This document shows, in pieces, positions 63,278 to 64,000 of a stretch of DNA of 64,000 bases (positions within the stretch are counted from its first letter, which is position 1; each line of letters opens with the position of its first letter). The position numbers were made by a program, and so were the translations under genes. The stretch comes from Halobacteriovoraceae bacterium (lineage in GTDB: Bacteria; Bdellovibrionota; Bacteriovoracia; Bacteriovoracales; Bacteriovoracaceae). The stretch is taken from assembly GCA_963719505.1 (NCBI GenBank), contig CAVRCF010000001.1, forward strand, positions 224,001 through 288,000, in the 5' to 3' direction. The notes beneath the pieces were generated by a model. That model had not been told where the DNA came from. It worked only from the letters and a program-made list of their open reading frames with translations, and ran no database searches.

Positions 63278-64000
63278 ATCTTCTGAGTCACCTGATATAA
63301 TAGAAGCACGAATTGAAGCATTTATTTTGGTCGGCGCAAGATAGATGGTGTTTTCTTGGTGCGTAGTATTTTTACCCAAATCAATAACTCCACTAGGAGC
63401 ATCGTAACCACCAAGCCCTATTTTCTTTTCATCAATAGCTCCAGACTTTTTTAGAAAACTGATAAAGACATCGTTTTCACCTTTATTTAATGAATTTAGG
63501 ATGGAGAACATGGAATCGTAGTATCGCCTTAAAGTCCCAAAATCCCAATAGCGGCTCGATTTAATATTGAGTGTTCTGATATTCATCTTTGCAGGAACTG
63601 CTACACTTTCAAAAAACTTACTTTCCCCTTGCACTGGCTTTAGGCTCTCTAGATTAATGCAAGACATTCCAGTATAAGTTTCACATGTCGCTTCTTCGAT
63701 TTTTTCGTTTGGAACAATACCATTTAATTTATTATCAATTGTACTTAGAGCGTTATAGCCATCCTTAGTTGGTACTGTGTAGGATAAAAGGCATACGTCA
63801 GATGTTTCCATTTTACTTGAAAACTCTTCCTTAACTCTATCGTCTAAAATAATGAACTGATCGCTATTGATGACAAGTAGCTTTCCCTTGTAGTCGACTT
63901 TTGAGGCGATATTGTGAATGGCTCCCCCGATATCTAAAACACTATTCTCTTTAACAATAGTGATCTCGTTTTCCATTTTTTTAGAGAGAATTTCTTTTTC
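63257..64000 (-). CDS. Sugar-phosphate nucleotidyltransferase family protein, 3' part (5' end beyond window)
   Basis: LDIGGAI, VINSD, YTG, YWDFGT motifs; frame open to the window edge. Confidence 0.8.
   Translation of the reverse strand, partial: EKEILSKKMENEITIVKENSVLDIGGAIHNIASKVDYKGKLLVINSDQFIILDDRVKEEFSSKMETSDVCLLSYTVPTKDGYNALSTIDNKLNGIVPNEKIEEATCETYTGMSCINLESLKPVQGESKFFESVAVPAKMNIRTLNIKSSRYWDFGTLRRYYDSMFSILNSLNKGENDVFISFLKKSGAIDEKKIGLGGYDAPSGVIDLGKNTTHQENTIYLAPTKINASIRASIISGDSEDLVPSFD

Overview
AT-rich bacterial chromosome segment made almost entirely of core genes. Gene content and order suggest a Bdellovibrionota predator of the Bacteriovorax/Halobacteriovorax type; this is inferred, not database-confirmed. 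Positions 1-10.5 kb hold the tRNA(Thr-Tyr-Gly-Thr)-tuf-tRNA(Trp)-secE-nusG-rplKAJL-rpoBC cluster. Its essential genes are broken by many small indels, almost certainly long-read consensus errors near a contig end. Next come rlmB-like methyltransferase/proS, lpxC, ruvCAB, folD-gcvT-gcvH, a TonB protein, PBP1A and xseB, then a flagellar cluster flgFGAHIJMNKL-csrA-fliW. The rest holds a bamD/AI-2E/cNMP operon, astA, tRNA-Asn, a YgfZ-TPR fusion with iscA, icmF-pduO, a CHASE2 kinase/sigma54 regulator-lspA-lgt operon, an endonuclease IV-like gene, a membrane AraC regulator, asnB/asnC and lipAB. I saw no mobile element, CRISPR array, rRNA or defence island. Most notable observations: (1) FlgG appears to carry a Sec-type signal peptide with its own RBS. 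(2) Several intact ORFs look like pseudoenzymes coupled to active partners: a class-III aminotransferase lacking its PLP domain before astA, an HtpX-like protein lacking HExxH before a sensor kinase, a patatin-like lipoprotein lacking GxSxG before PBP1A, and an endonuclease IV with a Glu-to-Asn change at the catalytic position. (3) CsrA-type GGA hairpins cover the flgF and flgJ ribosome-binding sites. (4) Sigma28-like promoters precede non-flagellar genes. (5) A GTTCAA-repeat region downstream of the AraC gene contains a Phe/Lys mini-ORF and a hairpin. All family assignments come from motif recognition by eye.
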